Positions 17,553-26,220 of a stretch of DNA of 44,301 nucleotides are shown here, piece after piece; within the stretch, counting starts at the first letter, position 1; the number at the start of each line of letters is the position of its first letter. The DNA lies in the IMG/VR virus record IMGVR_UViG_3300029224_000129, positions 1 to 44,301 of that record; one strand, 5' to 3'. The notes under the pieces were generated by a model. It ran no database searches and had not been told where the DNA came from. It saw only the letters and a program-made list of their open reading frames with translations. Position numbers and translations under genes: made by a program. This DNA is from a virus (lineage: Duplodnaviria; Caudoviricetes).

Positions 17553-17794
17553 GTGACGCGAACATTCGAATTCGCGTGCCTACACCCATAGCGCAGAAAA
17601 ATGAATTTCACAACGTCAACCGTACGCAAAGACGAATTTCGTTTAAAATCACGGTTTAGATAACGTTTAAATGGCGCGTAAAAGGGGCTTCTAAAGGGGT
17701 GCCTAAAAGCCTCTCCTATGATGGTCGCTAAAAAGGTGAGGATTGGCCTCTATGGGGCTGTGTGAGCGATGTGGCTATTTGCACGAAATGGCGC

Positions 17795-17800
17795 TATAAT
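17795..17800 (+). promoter_or_regulatory. Consensus -10 (TATAAT) for the putative ncRNA
   Basis: TGGCTA-17 nt-TATAAT, 5 nt upstream of the RNA's 5' stem. Confidence 0.55.
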
Positions 17801-17805
17801 GATTA

Positions 17806-17909
17806 GACACGCGGGCGACACGGTGAATATGCACCTCCCGGCCGTAGCACGATCTTTGGATCGGAGCGCCATGTAAGGGAACCACTTGGGAGGCCTTACC
17901 CCGCGTGTC
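17806..17909 (+). ncRNA. Putative structured ncRNA (four-way junction with kissing loops), convergent with MuF
   Basis: 10-bp closing stem GACACGCGGG/CCCGCGTGTC; arms ACGGT/GCCGT, CGATC-TTTG-GATCG, GTAAGG/CCTTAC; loop-loop CCTCCC/GGGAGG. Confidence 0.7.
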
Positions 17910-19083
17910 ACTTCTTCACCCAATCTCGAATAATTTCGCCGCGCCGTTCAATGCGTGCCAGATCGGTTTTGTCCGCACGACGCAAACTCGACAGAAACAT
18001 CGCCTTGCCCGAACCCGTGGATTTAATCACAGCGTAATATAATCGACCATCCAAATAATGCATGGCCAGATGGTTTGTTCCGTCTTGCACCACGCGCCCA
18101 TAGGCCATGATATCGGGAAGGATGCGATATTCGGCGGCTGTCAATTCCGGGTGCTTGCGCATTTGTTTTTGCACGGTGTCGCGGCTGATATCCACGCGGC
18201 GGACACTGGCCCCGATTGCCTTAGCAAGATTAGCTTCAACATAGCCCACCGGGAATGTGCCATTGACCGTTCCGCCCAGGAACGTTTCAAAGTCAGGTTG
18301 CGCCACGGCCAAGCGCGCGGATTCATGGCCAAGGGCTGGCATGGTGTAGCGGGCCGGATCGATGGGGGATTGCATAGCAGACAAACCGACGTTGTTTGCA
18401 AAGCCCGGATCAATGCCTTTGGGGACATCAAGGATTTCGCCCGTGCGTTTGTTGACGTATTCACGCGTTTCGATCAGCGGCTCGTTTGAAAGCTCATAGC
18501 CATAACGTTTTAAGTCCCGATCAGAAAGTTGTTGGCCCGTGCATCGGCAATAGAAACCGTTGGGTGGAAAATGGGTAACCCAAAATTGGTGATCTATGGG
18601 TAAAACCGTGCCGTGCCAAGATTGGTGCTGGGGACGGCTTTTACCATCTTGAACCGCCACGTACCGTAAATACGGGCGGCTGGCTTTGGTGCGTTGCATG
18701 CGCTCCCACTTTCCGGCCGCGTGGGATGTTCGCATGTTAGTGTCAAAGATAGTTTTCAGGCGACGGTGCGAACCCAGTTGCACATTCTTAAACTCGCCCG
18801 TCAACGGGTCCATCATTTCTTTGCGGCCCCACCATCCCTTGGCTTTCAAGATTGGGGCTAGGTTATTTTTGAATTGCTGGGGCGTTAGGCCGTTCTTGAT
18901 GGCATCGTCCATGGCTGATTGAATGTCTTGTAAAATATCCAATCGCGTGACCTTGGCCACGGTGAAAGCATGGGCATGGGTTTGAGCCGATACATCGCGC
19001 CAATCAAAGCCGAAGGTATAGCCCTTGGACGTGAAATATTTAATGGCTTCCTTGTCGGGAAGGTTTTTAAATTCAATCGGCAT
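17908..19083 (-). CDS. MuF (gp30) minor head protein with a C-terminal PBECR2-like (BECR fold) RNase domain
   Basis: AFTVAK, KGWWG, RRLKTIF.TN, PYLRY..V.D..R..H..W.G, PPNG..CRC; tail KHPEL...EY..LP....G.V..D...YYAVIK.T..G...FLSSLRR. Confidence 0.88.
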   Translation of the reverse strand: MPIEFKNLPDKEAIKYFTSKGYTFGFDWRDVSAQTHAHAFTVAKVTRLDILQDIQSAMDDAIKNGLTPQQFKNNLAPILKAKGWWGRKEMMDPLTGEFKNVQLGSHRRLKTIFDTNMRTSHAAGKWERMQRTKASRPYLRYVAVQDGKSRPQHQSWHGTVLPIDHQFWVTHFPPNGFYCRCTGQQLSDRDLKRYGYELSNEPLIETREYVNKRTGEILDVPKGIDPGFANNVGLSAMQSPIDPARYTMPALGHESARLAVAQPDFETFLGGTVNGTFPVGYVEANLAKAIGASVRRVDISRDTVQKQMRKHPELTAAEYRILPDIMAYGRVVQDGTNHLAMHYLDGRLYYAVIKSTGSGKAMFLSSLRRADKTDLARIERRGEIIRDWVKK

Positions 19084-20644
19084 CTTGCGGATCCGCGCCA
19101 GCGTCACCTTCTATATGTGACTGGAACATGCCGCGCGCCAAAAGCTCAGCAAGTTTGGTTGTGTCCATATCATCCATAGCCGTTGCCAGAACCGCTTGCA
19201 TTTCTTCGAAGGTTTCAGCCCCATTTAAGGCCTCTTCAAGGGGCTTTAAAAGCGGCTCGAATGCATCGTCAAAATCACCACCTGAGGCCAACGCCGCTAT
19301 AAACTGTTCGACCTTATCAGCCTCTGCGGCATCAACCGCCGCCGCCATGGCCTTGGCTTCTTGTTGGATATCTTTGGGTGGTGGCGGTGTTGCGGCTGTG
19401 GGCATTTGCAAAACATCGTCTTCATCCTCTGGCTCACGCGCACCAATTTTATCACGATAATCTTTGGCCGAAACTTTAAGGCCCATTTTGGCCCCGGCTT
19501 CGACGCCCGTGATCATTAACGCAACATTGGTTTCATCCGGGCGGCCCACGCGGATCTTCGGATAGCGTTTGCGCGGACCTTTGTTCAAAGAAATGATGGG
19601 AATGACAAGATCGCGATTTAGCGTGGCCGATACAGATTTTGCATCGGCGCGTTCGATGTCGTCTTTAACGCCTTCATGAACTTTAGCCCCGGCCAGACTT
19701 CCGCCTTTGATTTCGGTGGTCAGGGTTTGTCCCAAAACCGCCTTGGATACTTGACGATCAATCCAATCGGCATGGCGTTCGAACAAATCTAGGTTGCCGC
19801 TCAGCTTGGCTTCGATGAATTCAATTTCCATGCCTTCGGGAATAATGGCGGCAGCATCCGAAGCGATATCGGAAACGGCGCTGAGCAAGATATCTTTCTC
19901 TTCTTGTGTCGCACCGCTTCTGAATTTACCAACCCGCAACGGATGGCCATAACGTTCGGCAAAGATCACCCAGTCGCGCACAGTAAAGTTCTTAAACAAA
20001 TATGCCCACGCCGCCACACGCGCCAAACCGCCGCGAATAGGCGACCCGGATTTGGCCTTGGTCTGGTGTTGGATATATTTGTAAGGGGCCATCGGCAACA
20101 ATTCACCGCTTTCGCCAATCAGGCGCAAAGTGGTACCATCGGCCGGATCAAACCGGAAAAAGCGTGGGTCGCGGTACAGCAATTGTCGAGGCATCCACAT
20201 GCCATCATCCGTCGACCACATGATTTCGCAAACCGAATAGCCCTTGCCGATCGCGTCCAAAATATCAAATAGCTCATCTTCGATATCATCACGACGCAGC
20301 CAATCGCGGATCATTTGGGCATCTTCTTCATCGGCCTGATCGGTGCTGGCCGCTTCGACGGTGATTTCCAATTGCGATACCTGACGTTTGCGGCTTCCTA
20401 AAACGCCGTGATAATGGAGGTCTTTTTCTTCCATTTCTTCGGCAAGCTCAAGATACCGTGTCCCATCCCCTGCCTCAGCTTCACGCAAGATCGTGGCTAA
20501 GCGCTGCGGTGTTAAACCTTGGGCCGGGTGGCCTGATTGGTGCTGACGCACACCCGTCACAGTCGGCGCGGCTAGTTCTTGAGTTAAAACCTTGCGCTGT
20601 ATGGGAAGGCCTCTGTGATCGAGCAAAACTTTCTTCGTGTCCAT
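19073..20644 (-). CDS. Portal protein (Mu gp29, DUF935)
   Basis: GLTPQRL..IL..AE.GD, EEKD.H, F.E.YG.P.RVGK, SKA.LGQTLT; TAATG coupling with terminase. Confidence 0.95.
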   Translation of the reverse strand: MDTKKVLLDHRGLPIQRKVLTQELAAPTVTGVRQHQSGHPAQGLTPQRLATILREAEAGDGTRYLELAEEMEEKDLHYHGVLGSRKRQVSQLEITVEAASTDQADEEDAQMIRDWLRRDDIEDELFDILDAIGKGYSVCEIMWSTDDGMWMPRQLLYRDPRFFRFDPADGTTLRLIGESGELLPMAPYKYIQHQTKAKSGSPIRGGLARVAAWAYLFKNFTVRDWVIFAERYGHPLRVGKFRSGATQEEKDILLSAVSDIASDAAAIIPEGMEIEFIEAKLSGNLDLFERHADWIDRQVSKAVLGQTLTTEIKGGSLAGAKVHEGVKDDIERADAKSVSATLNRDLVIPIISLNKGPRKRYPKIRVGRPDETNVALMITGVEAGAKMGLKVSAKDYRDKIGAREPEDEDDVLQMPTAATPPPPKDIQQEAKAMAAAVDAAEADKVEQFIAALASGGDFDDAFEPLLKPLEEALNGAETFEEMQAVLATAMDDMDTTKLAELLARGMFQSHIEGDAGADPQDAD

Positions 20645-22173
20645 TACCAAGCACCTTTTCCACTAAATCGCGCGCGCCCAACGCCTGTCGGCCTGTCGCG
20701 GCGGTTATCTTTATTATCTTTGACGGGGATGTAATCGTATTCGCCGACATCCATGTTGCTGGCGAACCAAGCCATGGCTCCGGCAATGGCGGAATCGCCG
20801 TGGCGTTGTTTGTTGTCGGTGCCTTTTTTAGGGGCTGCGTCTGAAAGTTTGGCCACACCTTTGATGACAACCAAAGCCCGGTGATCAGCCAACACATCGG
20901 CGTCTTGGCCCAAGGTGATCATGGCGTCTTCGAAAGCGGCTTTATAAGGGGGCATGTTTTCCCGGTACCAAGATTCCGTCAACATCACCTGTGCAATGCG
21001 TTCGGACCCGTAACGTTGCATGGCACGTTCAGCCAGGTATTCACCATTGCCGCGCGCATCAAACGCTGCCGCCATGAAACGTGGAAGACGGTCAAGGATA
21101 TAATATAAAATCTGTTCTTGTTGCTGGAATGGGATGTTGCGCAGTTCAAGTAAGAACGGCATGCGACGAACTAAGTCCTGACAAATGGCCATCGGCCACA
21201 TCACGGTCAAGTCACCGGACCGCCCAAAATCTTCGCCTAAGCAATGGCGCAAATTGGGATCAAGCTTTTCCAACAACGGCAAAAGCTCGCGTTCACAGAA
21301 ATCCAAGCAATCGGCTTGACGTAAATGATCGGCCAACATCGCATAGCCGGATGTTTGTTCCCAACGCACAATCGGGATATCGGATTCCATACGGGCCTCG
21401 ACCAAAGCACCCGGCAAATATGTGCCTGATCCTTCGGATGGAATACACAACAATTCCTCATCCGCCGCATCGCCATAAAAGTCGAGCAATTCATCACGCC
21501 ATTTGGCTTCGCCTTCTTCGGTCCATTTTTGACCAAGAACCTCACAGATACGTTTATAAAGGTTAGCTGCCAGACCATCATCAATATCGGTGCGCATGAG
21601 ATGATATTTTTTGCGACCGGCACGGATATCGTTGACCAGCTCATTGAAATAATTTGTATCGCCGTTGTGGGTGGAAACAACGATGACCTTGCCGCCCCAC
21701 ATGATCAGAGCAAAAGCGGCTTTGAGGACTTCTTTCAAATCATCATGGAAAGCGGCTTCGTCAATAATGACCATGCCTTGCATGCCACGGAGGCTCCGTG
21801 GATTGGATGGCAGAGCAATAATTTCAAAGCCACTGTCAAACTTAATGCGAAAGGCTTTGATGCTGGTCTCTTTGTCTTCCTCAAGTAAAATCTCTTCGAC
21901 TTCGGCAGCCGCCTGACTAAATGACTTTGCCCAATCGGCGCACACGTCAATAAACTCGCGGGCCATTTCTAGGTTATAGCCCATATAGAAGACGTTCATG
22001 CCGCCTTCGTCTTTAGCCTTTGCGGCATCCAAAACGGCAATAGCACCCAGCGCCCAAGTGATGCCGATGCGCCGTGATTTTTCATACACCGTCACCGCAT
22101 ATTGAGATACGGACGACATAAGTTCTTGTTGATAACTGAGGAAAACTTTATCAGATGGGGCCACAGCGTTCAT
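20644..22173 (-). CDS. Terminase large subunit (Mu gp28)
   Basis: KSRRIGITW (Walker A), LRGMQG.VIIDEAAF (Walker B), G.DFGR.GD and RHGDSAIA nuclease motifs. Confidence 0.95.
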   Translation of the reverse strand: MNAVAPSDKVFLSYQQELMSSVSQYAVTVYEKSRRIGITWALGAIAVLDAAKAKDEGGMNVFYMGYNLEMAREFIDVCADWAKSFSQAAAEVEEILLEEDKETSIKAFRIKFDSGFEIIALPSNPRSLRGMQGMVIIDEAAFHDDLKEVLKAAFALIMWGGKVIVVSTHNGDTNYFNELVNDIRAGRKKYHLMRTDIDDGLAANLYKRICEVLGQKWTEEGEAKWRDELLDFYGDAADEELLCIPSEGSGTYLPGALVEARMESDIPIVRWEQTSGYAMLADHLRQADCLDFCERELLPLLEKLDPNLRHCLGEDFGRSGDLTVMWPMAICQDLVRRMPFLLELRNIPFQQQEQILYYILDRLPRFMAAAFDARGNGEYLAERAMQRYGSERIAQVMLTESWYRENMPPYKAAFEDAMITLGQDADVLADHRALVVIKGVAKLSDAAPKKGTDNKQRHGDSAIAGAMAWFASNMDVGEYDYIPVKDNKDNRRDRPTGVGRARFSGKGAW

Positions 22174-22739
22174 CAGGACCTCCCAAGAATACCGTCGATA
22201 ATTGCGTTTTTCGTTTCTTCGGTGATGCCTTTACCTTTTTGGCCTTTGATCACCTCTTTGACCCGAGCGGCGGCTTCGACCTTGGCTTTCTTTTCGGCTT
22301 CTTCGCGGATTTTCAACTCGCGATCAAAATCGATCTTGTTGGCGCTGGCCAAATCTTTGAGGGCCTTGGCAAGGTTCGCGACATCCTTGGTATCAAATTC
22401 ATCCGTATCGCTGTCGTCACTCATTCTGCCAGACATCAAATCAAACGTTAATGTGCGCAATACTTCGACCAAGACGCGGCCTTGTTTGCCTTCTGAGATA
22501 TCGGGGCCAAGTTCGGTGACTAACGCTTCTGTCATGACGCGGGACTGGCGTAGCTTTGCACCAACGCTTTCGACTTTCTTGGCATGGCGACCCACGGCGG
22601 ATCTGGAAATGCCATAACCCTTTTCATCCAGCCATTTCACAATACGATCAAGGGTCAGCTTGCCGTCCATGATCAACTGATCAAGGGCTTTGCGATCATC
22701 ATCTTCTAATTCGGTTTCAATGCTGCTTTTAACGCCCAT
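22173..22739 (-). CDS. Terminase small subunit-like (Mu gp27, DUF3486)
   Basis: KSSI..L, ISRSAVGRH HTH; directly upstream of terL. Confidence 0.88.
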   Translation of the reverse strand: MGVKSSIETELEDDDRKALDQLIMDGKLTLDRIVKWLDEKGYGISRSAVGRHAKKVESVGAKLRQSRVMTEALVTELGPDISEGKQGRVLVEVLRTLTFDLMSGRMSDDSDTDEFDTKDVANLAKALKDLASANKIDFDRELKIREEAEKKAKVEAAARVKEVIKGQKGKGITEETKNAIIDGILGRS

Positions 22740-22750
22740 TTAAGCCCCCT

Positions 22751-23050
22751 TTACCCGAGGCTAGGACGGGCGATGCCGTCGATGATCTCTTGACGTGTCA
22801 AATGCTGTTCGCCGCGCCTTATAAGGTACGCAACCCAAATGGCCCCATCAGAAATTTTCTCAATCTTAATGGCCAGCTCTTTTTCCAAGAACTGTAAGGC
22901 TTCGCGTATTTCGGTATCGTTGAGGTTGAAGCTGTATTCAGCCAGTGCCATTTGTAACAACCGTTCGTTAAGCGATCCGGCGCGATCCTCAGTCAGCAAC
23001 TGGAGGATACGAAGGTACATATTTTCAGTGGCAAATTCTTTGTAGCTCAT
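22751..23050 (-). CDS. Mu gp26-like winged-helix protein
   Basis: LRILQLL, SLNE.LL, L.FLE, RG.......I.GIARP. Confidence 0.75.
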   Translation of the reverse strand: MSYKEFATENMYLRILQLLTEDRAGSLNERLLQMALAEYSFNLNDTEIREALQFLEKELAIKIEKISDGAIWVAYLIRRGEQHLTRQEIIDGIARPSLG

Positions 23051-23391
23051 TTGTTGGCCCTCAAAAATTGATCCATCATTTCAGTTTGACTGCGCATAAT
23101 GCTTTGAAGATCCCTGACGCCTTGAAGTTCGGCACCAATCTTTTTAAAATCGCCGTGAAGACCTTCGAATTGGAGGGCTAGATTGTTAAAGGATTGAGAG
23201 CTTGGGATATGCTTTAAGTCTGTTTCAAGCGCCGTAAGTCGAAGCTTTAGAGCCACAGCACGCTCATCCATCTTTTCGATTTGTTCGCGGGTGGCCTTGT
23301 GCTTATTGGACGTCCACACATATAAAACACCAATGGCCATGAATACCCACTGTGCTACATCCAGCCAGAACTTTGCGTCCATTCCAGTCAC
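23047..23391 (-). CDS. DUF2730-like protein (Mu gp25-like), N-terminal TM plus coiled coil
   Basis: TM segment then RL..LE..LKH.P motif; synteny. Confidence 0.75.
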   Translation of the reverse strand: MTGMDAKFWLDVAQWVFMAIGVLYVWTSNKHKATREQIEKMDERAVALKLRLTALETDLKHIPSSQSFNNLALQFEGLHGDFKKIGAELQGVRDLQSIMRSQTEMMDQFLRANK

Positions 23392-23393
23392 GT

Positions 23394-24029
23394 CTAATTC
23401 CCCTTAAAGGCTTTGATGATGTTGGCAAGGTTACTGCCTGCGGCGGCAACTGTAGCGGCGGCGCTTTCGAGCGGGCGGCCGTGTTGCATTTCAAATTGTT
23501 GGGCCTTGTCGCGTTCACGAACGCCCATGTATTTTTTGATAATATCGGCGCACACCCAGAAACTGGCGAGCAGTGGTGGCCAGATCATTGCGGTGACAGG
23601 CTCGGCTTTGGCGATGAGCGCCCACAAGGACACATCAGGATACGGCATGTTCAATGCAGACAAGCCCAAGCGGGTCATCCATTCCGCAACGGTGATGATC
23701 ATCAGCATTTTAAAGATTTGTGAAAACAACTCGATCACGGCCATGGCGCGAAGGGCAATTTGCGGCCGGGCGGTTTCGCGGATCTTCTCCGCGCTGCCTT
23801 CGTTCATGGATTCAAAACGTTGCGTGTCCAGTGTTTGAAGTTTCACCTTAGCCTCAGAGAGAACTTGCATGGCTTCAAAACGTTTATCATCTGGCAAGCC
23901 TTCAAGTTGTTCGGCAACGGTTTCGGCGGTTACGTCTTCGGACAAGGTTTCTCCGGTGAAGCTTTCCACCAGCGATTTACCAACGCCCAAAATTGCCGGA
24001 GCCAGTTTAAGGAGAGCTAAAAAACCCAT
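23394..24029 (-). CDS. Putative holin (resembles the gene-transfer-release 3TM holin family)
   Basis: Amphipathic N-terminus, coiled coil, ARP motif, two hydrophobic helices, Y.G.R..DK motif; lysis position. Confidence 0.55.
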   Translation of the reverse strand: MGFLALLKLAPAILGVGKSLVESFTGETLSEDVTAETVAEQLEGLPDDKRFEAMQVLSEAKVKLQTLDTQRFESMNEGSAEKIRETARPQIALRAMAVIELFSQIFKMLMIITVAEWMTRLGLSALNMPYPDVSLWALIAKAEPVTAMIWPPLLASFWVCADIIKKYMGVRERDKAQQFEMQHGRPLESAAATVAAAGSNLANIIKAFKGN

Positions 24030-24314
24030 CTAGCCACGCTCCTTATAAGCATCCAACATAGTCATGCCTTCAGCACTTCGACGGCCTGTTAACTCATAAT
24101 CAATGAGTATGTAAAGGCCGAATAGGTCGATCAGGACACCAACGCCAAGTCCCCATTTCCAACCAACATATGTCGCCCAGAAAAATCCGCTCACACCAAA
24201 ACCAAGCAGAGCGCAAAGAATAAGGACGCCCGCAAACAAAGAGCCCACAATCCAAAGATTGTAGTTGTGGGATACCTTGCGGATGGCTAACCAAATCAAA
24301 CGAAACATATTCAT
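24030..24314 (-). CDS. Small two-TM membrane protein (holin/antiholin candidate)
   Basis: Two hydrophobic segments in 94 aa; lysis cassette. Confidence 0.55.
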   Translation of the reverse strand: MNMFRLIWLAIRKVSHNYNLWIVGSLFAGVLILCALLGFGVSGFFWATYVGWKWGLGVGVLIDLFGLYILIDYELTGRRSAEGMTMLDAYKERG

Positions 24315-24829
24315 TCTCCATCAATGCCCAAAGGCCAGTTGTCGATTTCAAACACGGTCACCACCACCGACGCATCGCCGATGGTTTTGGACAAAATTTC
24401 CATGTCGCGTTCAAAGACACGGATACATCCATATGTGGCCATGAGCTTGATATTGCCGCGATTGCCGTGAATGGCTAAGCCCGTGCGTCCGCCTTCTTTG
24501 GCTTCAAGGGCTTGTCCGCTTTGGCCTTCCAATCGAATAGCCCAGCGCCCGAATGTTTTGCGGGGTGGATTAAAACGCGAAATGCGACTGGGCAGAAAAT
24601 TACCGGATGGCGCATCGCCAAAAGGCTTGGTTGGATCACGGTCTGGGTTTTCTGCCTTTATCGCGCGGCCATTGTCGGCCTTGCCCCGGCACGGAATGTC
24701 ATAGGGCACAACCAGTTCGCAGGTGACCAATTGCTTGCCGACTTTGTCCGGACCATAGACACGCAAAAATCCCGGCAACTCGCGGTTGGCCGGAAGAAAC
24801 ACTAGTATGGTGAAAGGTTGTTTTATCAT
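24311..24829 (-). CDS. L,D-transpeptidase (YkuD/Tlde1-like) fold protein, putative endolysin
   Basis: GD.P.G, RTGLAIHG...ATYGCIRV catalytic His/Cys motif; first late gene; ATG 24829 sits near the predicted TSS. Confidence 0.72.
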   Translation of the reverse strand: MIKQPFTILVFLPANRELPGFLRVYGPDKVGKQLVTCELVVPYDIPCRGKADNGRAIKAENPDRDPTKPFGDAPSGNFLPSRISRFNPPRKTFGRWAIRLEGQSGQALEAKEGGRTGLAIHGNRGNIKLMATYGCIRVFERDMEILSKTIGDASVVVTVFEIDNWPLGIDGE

Positions 24830-24836
24830 ACCCGTG

Positions 24837-24884
24837 ATCATGCGGGTAATTGATAAAAAGGGTCAGGGCGCAACGTTGCGCCCG
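24837..24884 (-). promoter_or_regulatory. Late promoter of the lysis/packaging operon: palindromic activator box plus -10
   Basis: GGGCGCAACGTTGCGCCC at 24866-24883, 23 nt gap, CATGAT at 24842-24837; immediately after mor. Confidence 0.8.
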
Positions 24885-24885
24885 C

Positions 24886-25251
24886 TTAGGCGCAATCGTC
24901 GAACATGTCTTTTTGTTGGGAAGGTGTGTTGTCGCCAAGCCAATACTGAATCGTGCGGCGTGACGTTTTCAAACAAACGGCAATTTTTTCCTGAGACCAT
25001 CCGTCTTGTTCATAAAGCCAAAAAGCCAAGGCTTTTTTTGCCAGTGGGATCATGGGCCGTTCGTTGGCTAAATCCTTCACTATCTTTTGCGCCGCGTCAA
25101 TACCTACGATTTTTGCCAAGAGCGAACCTTCGGCTTTTTGTGGAATTTGGAACCGTGAACCGCCGCGTTCCATCGCAAGAATCAACGCGGCTTCAAGCCC
25201 TGCGGCATCGGCGATGATCTTTAATCCATGGGGAAGCGACGGCTTTTTCAT
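24886..25251 (-). CDS. mor: Mor/C family transcription activator
   Basis: LP..L..IA..AG.EAAL.L...RGG...IP, C-terminal HTH (SQEKIA..L..SRRTIQYW); after gemA. Confidence 0.85.
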   Translation of the reverse strand: MKKPSLPHGLKIIADAAGLEAALILAMERGGSRFQIPQKAEGSLLAKIVGIDAAQKIVKDLANERPMIPLAKKALAFWLYEQDGWSQEKIAVCLKTSRRTIQYWLGDNTPSQQKDMFDDCA

Positions 25252-25988
25252 TTCTGATCAGCCTTCCAAGATGGATAATCTTTGCATCCGGCGTTGCTGA
25301 GCGCATTGCGGATCCGCGCGCCCAAGGCTTCAATCACGGGATCGAGTAAATCTTCTTTTAGTCGGTCAAGTCCACCAACAATTTTCACCGCATAATCACG
25401 GACATCGTCTGTCTCATCAACAACGCCCAGATCGATAAGAGTTCTCCATTGCGCCTCAATGACACGTTGACGGGGAACGTGTAATGGCGGTTTGTCGATG
25501 CGAAGGACTGGCTCCCAACTCACATCAGCATCCCGCACGGCCATGGCTTTCAGGGCTTCGATAACTTTAACCGTGTCTTCGCCCGTCAACCATTGCAGGG
25601 CCGCTTTGCCTTTGTTACGGCCACCGGAAACACGCTTAGCAAAATTGACCAAAGCTTGCTCTGCCGGATCGCGCACCACGCCAAGGTGATATAGCGATAT
25701 CCACAACGCCCGTATTTTGTTGATTTCAGCACCACCGGCCAACGGACGCTTTCCGGCACGTTGGGGCGGACGCTTTGTGAACTTGGCTCCATCGGCTTTC
25801 AATTGCCGGACAAAATCTTCCAACTCAAAAACGCTCATCTGGGTGATCGATGTCTTGCCATCGTACAACCCCGCAATCTTGGCCCGATAAACATCATCAT
25901 CCAGCCCAAGCTGTTTTTGAGCAATCTTCACCTTGGCGTAGAAGTCCTGGCGAACGGGTGTGATTTTATATTTACGTGCGGCGGACAT
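25248..25988 (-). CDS. gemA: GemA / Mu gp16 (DUF1018) regulatory protein
   Basis: IAQKQLGLDDD.YR, KIRALW..L...G.V....E.AL..F.KR, VIEALK.M..R. Confidence 0.9.
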   Translation of the reverse strand: MSAARKYKITPVRQDFYAKVKIAQKQLGLDDDVYRAKIAGLYDGKTSITQMSVFELEDFVRQLKADGAKFTKRPPQRAGKRPLAGGAEINKIRALWISLYHLGVVRDPAEQALVNFAKRVSGGRNKGKAALQWLTGEDTVKVIEALKAMAVRDADVSWEPVLRIDKPPLHVPRQRVIEAQWRTLIDLGVVDETDDVRDYAVKIVGGLDRLKEDLLDPVIEALGARIRNALSNAGCKDYPSWKADQK

Positions 25989-25998
25989 ATCGTTTTCC

Positions 25999-26220
25999 TT
26001 AATGAGACCGCATCAACGCGGTTTTTTGTGGGTCCTTGATTTGGATAATATCGGTGGGCTCACATCCCAAGCCTTCCGGCGTTAAGGTTGTAAATGCCCA
26101 ACCACGACGAATGTGTTCATCACAAAACGCTTGCATCGTCATACGCCCGCCCGCATCAGCAATAATCTTGAGCTGGCGAAATTTGAGAACCTCTAGCTTC
26201 ATTCCAGTTGGTTGCGTCAT
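25999..26220 (-). CDS. Hypothetical protein
   Basis: Short ORF in the co-oriented semi-essential region. Confidence 0.5.
   Translation of the reverse strand: MTQPTGMKLEVLKFRQLKIIADAGGRMTMQAFCDEHIRRGWAFTTLTPEGLGCEPTDIIQIKDPQKTALMRSH

Noticed and set aside
17351-17629. ORF that could be a MuF immunity protein
   Set aside because: Starts ~280 bp from the MuF stop with a TTG and no RBS, spans the late promoter and overlaps the protease gene out of frame
17806-17909. Canonical tRNA or simple terminator
   Set aside because: No TTCGA T-loop, 7-nt anticodon loop or CCA end; multi-arm structure without a U-tract on the MuF strand
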